From: Nitrosopumilus sp.
GTDB taxonomy: Archaea > Thermoproteota > Nitrososphaeria > Nitrososphaerales > Nitrosopumilaceae
NCBI GenBank assembly: GCA_965207445.1
Contig: CBDBLX010000002.1
Span: forward strand, 2,167,849 to 2,231,848
Direction of reading: 5' to 3'
Length of the DNA stretch: 64,000 nt
Below, piece after piece: positions 9,850-20,876 of this stretch. Every line of letters starts with the position of its first letter. The first letter of the stretch is position 1. The notes under the pieces are model-generated. The model searched no databases and was not told the origin of the DNA. It saw only the letters and a list, made by a program, of their open reading frames with translations. The position numbers and the translations under genes were made by a program.

Positions 9850-11478
9850 TTGTTCACAGTCATGAACAGTCACTACTTTGCTCTACTTACCGAGCTCGGA
9901 GTTGTAATTACAAAAGGTGACGATCACATAGTTGAGAAAGCATTTGCATTTAGTAATCCTGTATCAGATTATTTGGCCATTAAATCAGGTGCCATTCCTA
10001 AATCGTGTTCAGATATAAGATCATACATAGAATCATTAAACACAACAATATCAACAGGTGACGAATCATTAATAAACATATTAAAAAAAGCCACAGTTGA
10101 TACCAATACACTTGAAGGACGACAAGCAGAAGATGTAAGGGCTAAGAAACAGCAGATCATGATAGCGGCAGGGTTAGCATCAGACTCTAGAGATATAATT
10201 GAAAAGTTAAGAGAATTTGCAACAAAACTCTCATCATCCAAAGTAACCAAGATATCAAGTAGTGTTGATCTACACGTCATACAAGCAGTCAACTCACTTG
10301 ATGAGGTTGACAAGGTCGCAAACGCGCTAAGCTCTAGAATAAAAGAATGGTATGGACTACACTTTCCAGAACTTGAGAACATCGTAGATAGTATTGAGGG
10401 ATATGCACGTATTGTATTATCTGGAAGACGTAATGACCTCACTGTCGAATCTTTTGCAGAGGCAGGATTTCCAAGTGAAAAATCAGAAATGTTACTAGTT
10501 GCAGCATCAAAGAGTAGAGGAGGTGAGATATCAGACAAGAACCTTGAGATGGTCCAGTCCATAGCAGAAAAGATGATCTCGTGTTATAACTTACGAAGAG
10601 ACTTAGAGGAGGTAATAGAAGATGATATGAACAAAACTGCTCCAAATCTCTCAGCCATACTAGGAGCATCACTTAGTGCAAGAATGCTTGCAAGGGTAGG
10701 GAGTATAAAGAGAATGGCAACACTGCCTGCAAGTACAATACAGATATTAGGTGCAGAGCGAGCACTATTTCGCGCGCTGAAGACCGGCTCTGAGCCACCA
10801 AAACATGGACTCTTGTTTCAACATCCAATGGTCCATGCAGCTCCGAGGTGGCAGCGCGGTAAAATTGCACGTGCAATAGCATCAAAAGCTGTAATTGCAG
10901 TAAGAGTAGATGTGTACAATGAAGGAGAAGGTCTCAATAGTACACTGCTTGAAAAGCTAAACATTAGAGTAGGTGAGATTAATGAAAAATTTCAAGAACC
11001 AACTGAGACCAAAAATATTGCAGATAGTAGATACAACAAAGATTCCAAATCAGAATCAAGTAGATATCAAGATACGACGAGGGTAGCAGCTACCAGATAC
11101 AGGCAACAACAAAGAGGTGGTGGCGGATCTAGACATAAAAGCAACAAAAGAGACGACAATGATGAGAAATATCCCCGCCCCAAATGGGCAGACAGAAGAG
11201 TAAGATCATCAAAACAACACACACAACAAAGAGGATACAAAAAGTATACGAGTAAAAAAGATCAGTACGATCACCAAAATACTCATCAAGGCTACAAATA
11301 CAGAGATGATTACAATAATGATTATGATGGCGGCAGAAGCAAAAACAAAAACAAAAAAACAAACAACAGAAAAGAGAACAGTCGATATACACGCAATCAA
11401 CAAGCCAACTCAAAAAACAGTACAAAAAATTACACCGCAAGTAAACATAGCAAGAAGAGAAAAAACAGACATAAATGA
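9850..11478 (+). CDS. nop5: Box C/D sRNP protein Nop5 (Nop56/58) with a long basic C-terminal tail
   Basis: KEWYGLHFPEL, PASTIQILGAE, PPKHG and RGKIAR motifs; upstream of fibrillarin. Confidence 0.96.
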   Translation: MFTVMNSHYFALLTELGVVITKGDDHIVEKAFAFSNPVSDYLAIKSGAIPKSCSDIRSYIESLNTTISTGDESLINILKKATVDTNTLEGRQAEDVRAKKQQIMIAAGLASDSRDIIEKLREFATKLSSSKVTKISSSVDLHVIQAVNSLDEVDKVANALSSRIKEWYGLHFPELENIVDSIEGYARIVLSGRRNDLTVESFAEAGFPSEKSEMLLVAASKSRGGEISDKNLEMVQSIAEKMISCYNLRRDLEEVIEDDMNKTAPNLSAILGASLSARMLARVGSIKRMATLPASTIQILGAERALFRALKTGSEPPKHGLLFQHPMVHAAPRWQRGKIARAIASKAVIAVRVDVYNEGEGLNSTLLEKLNIRVGEINEKFQEPTETKNIADSRYNKDSKSESSRYQDTTRVAATRYRQQQRGGGGSRHKSNKRDDNDEKYPRPKWADRRVRSSKQHTQQRGYKKYTSKKDQYDHQNTHQGYKYRDDYNNDYDGGRSKNKNKKTNNRKENSRYTRNQQANSKNSTKNYTASKHSKKRKNRHK

Positions 11479-11517
11479 TTATATATAACGTACATCAATT
11501 ACAAAAAGTGAAAATAT

Positions 11518-12204
11518 ATGCAAGTCTCAAAAATACCATCTTACATATGGGTGAAGACTGACGGAAGAGACAGGCCAGCTACTGAGAATCTTGTTCCAGG
11601 AAACAAAGTGTATGGAGAAAAAATTCTTGTAAAGAAAAAGATAGAATATCGTACATGGGATCCATTCAGATCAAAGCTAGCAGCGGCAATTATGAAAGGA
11701 TTAGACACATTCCCATTTGAGAATACCTCCAAAGTGCTATACTTGGGAGTCTCAACTGGAACTACAGCAAGTCACATATCAGATATAATAGGTCCATCTG
11801 GAATTATCTTTGGAGTTGAGCATGCAAGTAGAGTGGCACGCGACTTTATGGACAGAGTAGCAAGACACAGATCAAACATCATACCAATAATGCAAGATGC
11901 ACGAAAGCCCAGTGACTATTTTGCAATATTTGGTAAAGTTGACGTTGTATATACAGACATTGCACAATCAGATCAAACAGAGATAGCAATAGCAAACTGC
12001 AACATGTATCTAAAAAAAGACGGACTGTTGTTTCTTATAATAAAGACACGTAGTATCGATGTTATAAAAAAGCCAGAAAATGTGATTAAAGAAGAAACAG
12101 CGAAACTACATAACAGTTTTGATATACTAGAGCGCATAAATCTTGAACCATTTGATAAAGATCACGCAATAGTTGTTGCAAAATATCGCAGTGCAAATAC
12201 ATAG
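11518..12204 (+). CDS. flpA: Fibrillarin-like rRNA/tRNA 2'-O-methyltransferase
   Basis: YRTWDPFRSKLAAAI, VLYLG.STGTT.SH and LEPFDKDHA motifs. Confidence 0.97.
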   Translation: MQVSKIPSYIWVKTDGRDRPATENLVPGNKVYGEKILVKKKIEYRTWDPFRSKLAAAIMKGLDTFPFENTSKVLYLGVSTGTTASHISDIIGPSGIIFGVEHASRVARDFMDRVARHRSNIIPIMQDARKPSDYFAIFGKVDVVYTDIAQSDQTEIAIANCNMYLKKDGLLFLIIKTRSIDVIKKPENVIKEETAKLHNSFDILERINLEPFDKDHAIVVAKYRSANT

Positions 12205-12650
12205 TATGTAACATGTCACCTCTCCCCCCATTACACTGTGCCTAAATAATATCACACTAACACAAATATCATCTTAGTGAATATATGTATCATCTGTGAA
12301 AAACACATCTCACAAGAATTATACGCGTCGATAACACTGTGTGAAGCATTATGATATAACGTAATTTGAGATATTAGCAGTGAGGAGGAGGGAGGTGATA
12401 TGTTGCAGTTTGTGGCAAGTCCTATAACATCTTCCACATAAATGAATATATACAGTGGGTCTAAAGGGACCTGCCATATACACGGGCAGAACCCAGAAAT
12501 TTTGGGATTCGAACGCTACATATTTGTGGTGTTTAAAACATGAATAATATAAATATTGAGCATGGCGTGAGCAGAACCTATCACGGTTAGAACAACCTTG
12601 GAGAATTGCATAACTATTTGATGGCATTGTACACTAGGCGCTTTACAAAA

Positions 12651-13656
12651 GGTAATACGTAACTATTTGGACCTTGAAAAAGTTCATATTGATAAATAAT
12701 TTCATGCCTAGGTAGTGCCTAACAACCATCCAAAAATCTTAGCAAATAATTTGACAAAAAGCAAGGCATTTTTTGTCAAGAAAAGATGGGCAGGAAGGCG
12801 AGTTTGTCCAAAATGCAATCACAGGTCACTAAATCGCCTGAGTTCTAGATATCAATGTAAGCGGTGTAAATACAAGTTTGGTGATTTTACAAACACCTAC
12901 CTTGGACAACTTCGCATACCACTGGATACAGTTTCACATCGTGCATATCTGTTTGTTCTTGGAGTTCCTGCATACAGAATAAGATTTTATGAAGATGTTA
13001 GTCTTCGTACCATTGAGCAAACATTCATGTTATTCAGACAGGCCATATATGACACATCTCCAAAACTCATCTTTGATGGCGAAGTAGAATTGGATGAGGC
13101 AATGTTTGGAGGTCATCGAAAAGGAAAACGCGGTTGGGGAGCTGCAGGAAAAACACTCGTCTTTGGTATACATTCTAGAAATGGATAAATTTGTACATTT
13201 ATCGTGCCTAATCGAAAGCAAAAAACACTCAGACCCATAATTGAAAAGCATACTATGTCAGGGTCATTGTACTATACAGATGAACATACTGCATACGGCA
13301 CACTTGATGAGCTTGGTACACATCAAGTGGTGACTCATAGTAAGGATGAATATGTTAGAGATGATGTACACATAAACAGTGTTGAAGGTTTTTGGAGTTT
13401 TGCCAAAAATTTTCTGTATGCATACCGTGGTGTTCCAAAAACATATTTCCCCTTATATCTCAAGTATATCGAGTTTAGATACAACCACAGAGATGAAAAT
13501 TTGTTTGAGCTCTTGACAGATATTCTGGTTAAAGATATTTCAAAGATAGAGTCAAGTATTCAAGTCATTCCAGACCCATTATATAAAAGATCATTTAATG
13601 GGTAATTAAATGTTCAAATTATCCAAAAAATCAGGTCCAGATAGTTACGTATTACC
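12651..13656 (+). mobile_element. IS1595-family insertion sequence
   Basis: TIR GGTAATACGTAACTATTTGGACCT / AGGTCCAGATAGTTACGTATTACC; 8-bp TSD TTACAAAA (12643-12650, 13657-13664). Confidence 0.93.
12715..13605 (+). pseudogene. IS1595 transposase with one in-frame TAA (13186-13188)
   Basis: Zn ribbon CPKC..CKRC, VELDEAMFGG, YTDE, HINSVEGFWS, EFRYN; the two ORF pieces are in the same frame. Confidence 0.9.
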
Positions 13657-13753
13657 TTACAAAAATGAGCACGCGTAATGCCTGCAAGGAATTTCCAAGA
13701 TGTGACTTAAATGTCCCGTGACACAGACAATTCTGGAGTGTTTGTAGTGTGGA

Positions 13754-14379
13754 ATGAGCCATGGAAATATGTCAATATACGTGATTATCATAGCAGCTGC
13801 GATAGTGCTTGTTTTGTTTTCACTATGGCCCTACATGTACAAGGGTGAATTCTTAGGCAAGTGGTCATCCGTAGTGGTGGTTCTCTCCCTGGTTGGCGCA
13901 CCCATCGCATATTTTGCAAGACAACGTGAAAAAGAAAAGGAGAGGGATTGGAACGATACCATGGAGAAGAGACGTGCGTCAAAAAAAATCTGTACGGGGA
14001 GCTTGCCGATACACTGTATGCCATAGAGGGAGATAAGTTTCCAAAGGATTTGTTTGATCTAATAGTAGACAATCACAAGATCACGTTTACAAAGCGCTTT
14101 CTCAACCATGATATATACGACAGCCTTGTGTTTTCTGGCGAGATAAAGTTTCTTGACTATGAAATACATCAGACCATACAAGACATATTTAATATGATTA
14201 AATATCATAATCACTATTTGAGGCTCGTGGTGGAAAGCCAAACCCACAACGACAAGATTCAAGAATCTGCAATACCATACTACATAATGCGGGACAGATA
14301 TGAGCAACAACTAATAGAGAAAATTCCAATCATGATGAGCAAGCTGGAGAAAAAGTTTGAGCCCGAGTCGGCTAGTTAG
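13754..14379 (+). pseudogene. 2-TM membrane-anchored protein, frameshifted at an A8 run (13981-13988)
   Basis: ORFs 13754-14026 and 13948-14379 join; EFLGKW and YDSLVFSG.I.FL shared with 16312-16921. Confidence 0.8.
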
Positions 14380-14518
14380 AATGCCGTCCCTTGGACCGGG
14401 TGAGCCGTGGATCGTTAATATCCGGTGCATCTTGACTGCCCTTAAACTGCACAGAAGCATCCCTAGCTTTACGGGCAGGCCTTGGTGTATCCGTATTATC
14501 CTTTTGCATTTCAGACAT
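14372..14518 (-). CDS. 48-aa hydrophilic micro-ORF convergent with the membrane gene
   Basis: MSEMQKDNTDTPRPARKARDASVQFKGSQDAPDINDPRLTRSKGRHSN*; AT-rich TATA-like tract about 25-30 nt upstream. Confidence 0.45.
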   Translation of the reverse strand: MSEMQKDNTDTPRPARKARDASVQFKGSQDAPDINDPRLTRSKGRHSN

Positions 14519-14755
14519 GCCATGCTTATGTTCTTACATAATTTAAGAATTTTAAGCAATGAGGTTCTCTTGCAAACGCGGTTGATCGGTATTTATATGA
14601 ACTTTTTATCTGAATTTGGTATTTGATGCTGAAAAAGTGTAATTTTTTAGTACTTTTTTGTGTGACTATGACGATAGTTTTGAATAGGGATGTTAGAGTG
14701 TAACGTGTCACTCACCCCACACCCCCCCCCCCACCCTCTCTTTATACCGCGTGAA

Positions 14756-14945
14756 TAGTGGTTTCATTAAAGATCCGATAGTTTTTAGACATTCTTATAA
14801 TCATATATTGGGAAATCAGGCAGTCCCCATGTTGTAATCCATACATGCTCCATGATTTTTCCATGGCCATGCCAACCGTGTATTCAGGCGTGGCAAAGTG
14901 TATGTGCGCAGCCGTCCTGTTCATAGTGCGGTCTGTGCGTCGCAC
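14756..14945 (-). mobile_element. Terminal fragment of the IS630-family element
   Basis: Highly similar to 55589-55783, including TIR TAGTGGTTTCATTAAAGATCCGATAG; cut by the adjacent IS5-like copy. Confidence 0.9.
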
Positions 14946-16145
14946 GAGATTGGTGCATAATTCATCAAATTGCCACCTGCATCGTACTTGCAGTCATCTG
15001 CAAATATCGCCAGAGTTTTATGTGCATATATTTAATAAGCTCATATAAAAAAGTATCTGCGCGCATACCAAAAGTTACTTATAGTGGCATCCCAATTGAA
15101 TAATTGGAATATGTACAAGGGGATGCTAAACAATGTTGACTAGCCAATGTTATCAACGTATCGTTTGTAAAGTGTGGTGGAACGACGACATGTGTGGTAG
15201 GTTGCCACAACATGCTATGCTACACAGAGAATGGCGCCCATTACAATGCATGGCTTGTGATGAATGTGGCGCCTGCTTGTTGTTTGTGTAAATTTAGTGT
15301 GTGGGTTTTAAATAAGAACGGATTATGGAGGCAGACCGTACAGTGACAGAGCAGTAGCACAAGCGACGCGAAGGTTATTGGCCGTATTACGAACAGGCAC
15401 GCAAATCTGAGCAGAATTTTATGCGCAAAATTGTTGTCAGCGATACGAAAAAACCCACATCCGTCAAGGAAAAGAAGACAAATAGGGGATGCAAGCCTGT
15501 ACACTCGCGTGACAAGATGGATTTTTTGTGTCTTTTAAAAGTTGCAAAAAATATTCCTTTTCGTGACGTGGTAAATGAGCTTGGACATATGCATGATGAA
15601 TGGGTTGGCGAGCCGATGCCTGATTAGTTGGGTAACCGAACATATGCAAACAAAAATCGAACATAAAGCAACGCAATCACACAGATGGCGCAGATCATAC
15701 AAATCATGGCAAACCACCAAACAGAAAAAAGGCAGCGGAGATCTTTGACAAAGATGCATACAAACAACGCGCACTTATCGAGGCAATATTCGGAGCAGTA
15801 GAAGAGACAAAAAATCATAGGCTACACTGTCGCATGCGTCTGGCCAAAAACAGAAAACGGTTTGGCAAAATACTATCGATTGCATGGAATATCAACGTCC
15901 TGAACAGATTCATCTGCGCTCATGAAAAAGGGCAAAAGATTCCATCATACCAATGATAGTGACTGCCATCATACTTGCACGTTTCATGTTCTATAATCTA
16001 TGTCTGTTAAAACAACACACATGTATATTCAAAAACAAAACGCACTATAGATAGATTTCAGTCTTCTGCAGATTGAATGTGCAATAAACCGAGTAAGTTC
16101 ATAGAAGGGTCACAGGCAGGCTAATGTCAATTACGCACCAACCTC
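14946..16145 (+). mobile_element. Internally deleted, decayed copy of the IS5-like element at 29962
   Basis: TIRs GAGATTGGTGCATAATT / AATTACGCACCAACCTC; colinear with 29962-31635 except about 0.5 kb lost near 15655, plus frameshifts. Confidence 0.92.
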
Positions 16146-16189
16146 CGATCTTTCAACATGTTTATTATCAAGATAAGACAGTACTGTTT

Positions 16190-16315
16190 GTGGCGGATGA
16201 CATACCAAGTACTGTTAAGAAACGCAGACCGTTCATAGGAAGCAGGAAGGGAATCGCTAGCACGACCAACGTAGAGTCACCAGCTACTTCTAGGCCTAAA
16301 AAAAGTTCAGGCTAG
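16190..16315 (+). CDS. 41-aa basic micro-ORF convergent with the membrane gene
   Basis: GTG-ADDIPSTVKKRRPFIGSRKGIASTTNVESPATSRPKKSSG*; TTTATTA about 25 nt upstream; stop overlaps the partner stop in CTAG. Confidence 0.4.
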   Translation: MADDIPSTVKKRRPFIGSRKGIASTTNVESPATSRPKKSSG

Positions 16316-16921
16316 CCTATTTTAAACTCCTCTTCAAGTTTTTCTTTTACTTTGGGGATGTCCGATAAGAGTTCTTATTCGATCTTGCTAAGACTTTCGT
16401 AATACCGCGTGGTTTTTTTGGAGACGTCCTCTTCCTCCCCGGCGTCATCCTCGATCTCCCTAATTTTTCTTAAGTGTCTGTTGTGATCTTTGATTTTCTG
16501 AAAAGTATCCTGAACGGGTTGTTGTATCTCTGGTGGCAGAAAGTTTATTTTGCCCGAAAAAACTAAACTGTCGTAAAAATCATAGTTAAACACCCTGTTC
16601 ATAAAGTAAGCTTCTCTGTCGTTTGGAAGATCTACTTTTTTAAGGTCGCCTGTGTGCTTTCTCTCGTTTAATTCATCTAATGCATCGACTAGTTCCGTGT
16701 GTAAGTTTTTTGTTGCACGAGAGCGTTCATTCCTAGAATCTTGCCATTTTTTCCAGAAATATATCCCCGGAGGCATTCCTAGGGAGATTATAGTGACTAT
16801 GGAGGCCCACTTGCCCAAGAACTCTTTTTCCCACATGTATTCCCATCTGAGAAGACACCAAAATGATGACCAAAGCCACCCCGATGACAATCAACAGAAC
16901 AGAGTTTTTTGAAATACTCAT
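16312..16921 (-). pseudogene. Paralog of 13754-14379 with an early frameshift and a premature TAA (16375-16377)
   Basis: MSISKNSVLLIVIGVALVIILVS joins WEYMWEKEFLGKW...; frame continues past TAA as ELLSDIPKVKEKLEEEFKIG*. Confidence 0.8.
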
Positions 16922-17295
16922 GTCGAATAACGATATGGATTCTCTTTTATCTATATTCAATTTTTGATGTCAAGATTGCTGAACCGCTAACTATACAGTG
17001 ATGCACCTACTCATAACTGAACAAGGGTACTTTTCTGCAGGATTGGATCGGTAACATGTAGCATACTTGCAGATTCACGGGAATGTATCTATTTCTATAT
17101 GTGTTCTTGATCCGATCGGCTTTGTCAAATCTTGGTGACCTGAGAGTTGGTGGGACAGGAGTGATCTGGGATCTGCGGCAGGGCCAGACCAAATTTGTGG
17201 ACTATCTCATACACTATTTGGGCAGTTGGGAATATTGTGGCATCCAGACAATCGGTATGGACTGATCATCTGATGGGATAATCACACCTCCACAA

Positions 17296-17443
17296 GTGTG
17301 AACCAAGCTCATTGAAAACAATAATGAAATCACATACGTGTATTTGGTTATATTCCTGTCTGTATATCAAGTATCGTACATGTGATGCATTTGGCTAGGA
17401 GTTATTTTGAATGATTATATCAATCATGGAGATTGGTTCACAC
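17296..17443 (-). repeat. About 148-bp GTGTGAACCAA-MITE copy (inverted)
   Basis: TIRs and reverse-complemented interior. Confidence 0.9.
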
Positions 17444-17468
17444 AAAATTATACAGCAACTGTTTTATC

Positions 17469-18275
17469 TCAGTCAACAACTTCTTTGCCACAATGAGGAC
17501 AAGTTCTTTTTGTGTTTTCACTTTTTTTGCGTTTACGCAACGCTTCAGTAAATGCAGATGTAATGATGCCTGTCAGAACAGCATAAACGGCGATACCAGA
17601 AATTGCAACACCAGCTCCAACTATTTTACCCATAGTTGTTACAGGGTATGTGTCACCATATCCTATAGTCGTCAACGTGATTATGCTCCACCACAACGCT
17701 GAAGGAATACTAGAAAATACATCAGGTTGAGCATTATGCTCAGCATAATACATCAAACTAGCAGATAAAAGCACCATTATGAAAAAGATGAAAAACGCAA
17801 CTACCAAGTCACCAACCCTTGCCCAGAACACCGCGCCAAGTGTGCTCAGTGACTCAGAGTATCGAGGTAATCTGAAGAGCGCAAATATTCTCAATAGTCT
17901 GATTATTCTGATGAATCGGGTATCTGATATGACAAACGGTAAAAAGAACGGTAGAATTGCGGCCAAATCAACTAGCATCATGGGAGACAGGATAAACCGA
18001 AGTCGTGAGAATTTTGAATTTTTATATTTTGGATTTAGATGGCAAACAGATATTCTAATTATATATTCAACAGTAAAAACAGTAATGGCAAAAATATTAA
18101 AAGGTGTAAAGAAATACCAATATTTATCGAACAGTGAATCCTCAGTTTCTAGAATGACAACGAATACATTAAGTAAAATAAATGCAACTATAAAATATTG
18201 AAATCCTTTTGCGGCTCGATCATTAGTAGTTCCTTCAACGATTTCATAGATACGCTGTAGTTTTATGCCCAACAT
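17469..18275 (-). CDS. Voltage-gated potassium channel family protein
   Basis: TTIGYGD filter, RxxR S4 helix, C-terminal CPHC. Confidence 0.93.
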   Translation of the reverse strand: MLGIKLQRIYEIVEGTTNDRAAKGFQYFIVAFILLNVFVVILETEDSLFDKYWYFFTPFNIFAITVFTVEYIIRISVCHLNPKYKNSKFSRLRFILSPMMLVDLAAILPFFLPFVISDTRFIRIIRLLRIFALFRLPRYSESLSTLGAVFWARVGDLVVAFFIFFIMVLLSASLMYYAEHNAQPDVFSSIPSALWWSIITLTTIGYGDTYPVTTMGKIVGAGVAISGIAVYAVLTGIITSAFTEALRKRKKSENTKRTCPHCGKEVVD

Positions 18276-18284
18276 ATAACAACA

Positions 18285-19931
18285 CTACAACCACTGCTTT
18301 CGTTTAAACCACAACGTCATAAAGAGTACAATTATGAACATGATACCAAGCATGACAAAATAACTTCCTTCCCATGCAAGCTCTGGAATGTACGCAAAGT
18401 TTGTACCATAAACTCCTGCAATGAATGTGATTGGGATAAATATACTAGCAATTACAGTCAACGTCTTCATTACCTCATTCATCTTGTTGCTTACACTTGA
18501 GAGATATGTATCGAGCATACCTCCAATCACATCTCGAAGGGACTCAATTGTATCCATCACCTGAATTGTATGTCCATAAGCATCCCTCAAGTAAGTCTTT
18601 GTCTCTGCAGAGACCAAACTAGATGTCGTTCGCTCAAAAGCATGAATCACTTCTCTAAGTGGCCAGACGGTTTTTCGTAAAACCATTATCTGTCGTTTGA
18701 GTGAATGAATTGTTTGAAGGGTCAAAGGTTGTGGATTTGACATTAGTTCCTCTTCAAGTGTTTCGGTTCTAGCTCCTATCTTTTCTATTACAGCAAAAAA
18801 GTTGTCAATGAGGGCATCTGTGAGAAGATACGACAAGTAATCACTTTTTTGTTGTCTCACATCACCTTTATCAACTCGAATCCGCTCTCGAATCTTGTCA
18901 AATACATCTCCAGAAATCTCTTGAAACGACAAGACGTGATTTTTGCCTAAAACTAGACTTATCTGCTCTATGAGTAATTGTCCTGTATCTTTATCAAAAT
19001 GTGGCATCTTTAAGATCAAAAATATATAATTATCTGTAATCTCAATCTTGGATCTAATATCAGTATTCATTATATCTGCTTGGACAAGTTTATGCAGACC
19101 AAAATATTCTCCAAACCTCTCAATAACACCTGCATCATGTATTCCTGTAACGTTTATCCAAAAGAGTTTTTCGTAATTTCGAGTCACAAAGCAGGTCTCT
19201 ATGTCATCTGTATGTTTGTCAGTCACATTATCCACATCATACTCAAACACATCAAAGGTGACCTTGTCTACCTTTTTTTCTCCAATGTGGATAAGAGCAC
19301 CAGGTTGCAGTCCCAAGGTATCAGCAACAGTATGTTTACTGCTAGATTTTTTGGTAATACGTTTTCCTAGCGCGGCTATATTTGATACACCAACATCTTT
19401 TGTGATCTCCTTGACTTTGGCAGTCTTACTTGCAACACCTACTACAATAAATCCAGATACTATTGAAAATATGAGAGTGACTAACAATGGAACAAAGTCG
19501 CCGATCAGGGCAGCAGCATATATTGTTTGAGCATCGGTGATCGATTCAGGAGGCACTATTACACTCATAATAAGATCTAGTAAAAAGAACAGAAACGAGA
19601 TCGCAGATCCAACGATTATAGCAGTGATTGGAGTGATACGAAGTGGAACTTGGAGATCTTTTTCATTTTTGTACGGCGAGATATATTTTTTTAATCGTAG
19701 AATCACTAACGCAACGACAGTTATTATTATTGTAGAGATTACCCACCATATGATAAGCCAATGCCCTTGAATGGATTCTATTTGTTCAATTCCCCTGATT
19801 AAATCATGTAGATCACCAGTCAATGAGATCGATAGTATAGAAGTTACAACACCCACAATGGCATTATATACAAAAGCAAAGACAAAACCAATAGTCAGTC
19901 GATTTAATACTACACCGACTTTATCTCGCAT
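18285..19931 (-). CDS. corA: CorA-family divalent cation transporter with an extra N-terminal membrane domain
   Basis: GLQPGAL, MNEVMKTLT, YGTNF...PEL; about 170 aa with 4 additional TM helices at the N-terminus. Confidence 0.88.
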   Translation of the reverse strand: MRDKVGVVLNRLTIGFVFAFVYNAIVGVVTSILSISLTGDLHDLIRGIEQIESIQGHWLIIWWVISTIIITVVALVILRLKKYISPYKNEKDLQVPLRITPITAIIVGSAISFLFFLLDLIMSVIVPPESITDAQTIYAAALIGDFVPLLVTLIFSIVSGFIVVGVASKTAKVKEITKDVGVSNIAALGKRITKKSSSKHTVADTLGLQPGALIHIGEKKVDKVTFDVFEYDVDNVTDKHTDDIETCFVTRNYEKLFWINVTGIHDAGVIERFGEYFGLHKLVQADIMNTDIRSKIEITDNYIFLILKMPHFDKDTGQLLIEQISLVLGKNHVLSFQEISGDVFDKIRERIRVDKGDVRQQKSDYLSYLLTDALIDNFFAVIEKIGARTETLEEELMSNPQPLTLQTIHSLKRQIMVLRKTVWPLREVIHAFERTTSSLVSAETKTYLRDAYGHTIQVMDTIESLRDVIGGMLDTYLSSVSNKMNEVMKTLTVIASIFIPITFIAGVYGTNFAYIPELAWEGSYFVMLGIMFIIVLFMTLWFKRKQWL

Positions 19932-20214
19932 TTTTCATATCTCCCATAAAATTAACTAGTAGAATTAATAAATATTTTTCAAGTTCTGTACGATTATAGT
20001 TATCGCGTGTAAAATCAAAGTTCACATTAATTACACCATAGAGTTTGTCAAACATTAGATGTACGATCACATGATCTCTTTTGAGCATTTGCATCAATTA
20101 CATTTTCTAAATGTAACTGTTAAATGTTTATATTAATACACATAGTAAAGCTCATATAATTTTCAACACAAACGAGAGAAAAAATCAGTGTTGCAACATA
20201 TTATTGTTAAAAAC

Positions 20215-20856
20215 TTACAACTCTAGAATTTTTTTTACAGGTTTCCAACTCTTACGAGCAAAAGTTGGAACAGTGTCAGTTTTGCTATAGTATGATTCCA
20301 AAAACAAGACACTCTTAGAATCACTCGGATAACCACTTCCAACATTAGAATTTTTTTTTGCAATCCGTTTTATTGAAGCATCACGGGCAACTTTTGCTAA
20401 AATAGATGCAGCAGATACGATTGTAAATTTACTATCGGCATGATGATACGATTCTATATGGTCATTACCAGAAATATTTGAGATGTATCTTGCAAATCTT
20501 TGTGTATCAACATCACACGAGTCAACGTACGCCACATCAGGATTTAACTTTTGTATTACTCTGGCCATATATTTGGCCTCTAATCTATTTAGACCATGTT
20601 GTTTTACACTTGCGTCAATTGATCGTGGATGCACATATACAATATGATAAGAATCTGCAATACGACATATTTGTGGAAATAAAGTGCGACGTGCACGTGC
20701 AGTGTGCATTTTAGAGTCACGAATTCCTAGATTTTGCAACTCAACTATATGATCTTTTTGCATACAGATGCCTGCAATTACAAGTGGCCCCAACATAGAA
20801 CCACGTCCAGCATCATCAACGCCGCATACTAACAACAAAACAAGTGCGCAGAGCAC
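20215..20856 (-). CDS. rnhB: Ribonuclease HII (start uncertain)
   Basis: GVDDAGRG..LGP, RDSK, SAASILAKV and GSGYPSD motifs. Confidence 0.95.
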   Translation of the reverse strand: MLCALVLLLVCGVDDAGRGSMLGPLVIAGICMQKDHIVELQNLGIRDSKMHTARARRTLFPQICRIADSYHIVYVHPRSIDASVKQHGLNRLEAKYMARVIQKLNPDVAYVDSCDVDTQRFARYISNISGNDHIESYHHADSKFTIVSAASILAKVARDASIKRIAKKNSNVGSGYPSDSKSVLFLESYYSKTDTVPTFARKSWKPVKKILEL

Positions 20857-20876
20857 GTAATAAACGATGACATGAA

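Noticed and set aside
12500..12520. tRNA gene (GTTCGAATCCC on the minus strand)
   Set aside because: No paired T-stem or acceptor stem around the motif.
13186..13188. Stop-codon recoding or an alternative genetic code
   Set aside because: In-frame stops differ (TAA, TAA, TGA), occur only in accessory genes and often with frameshifts; core genes terminate normally.
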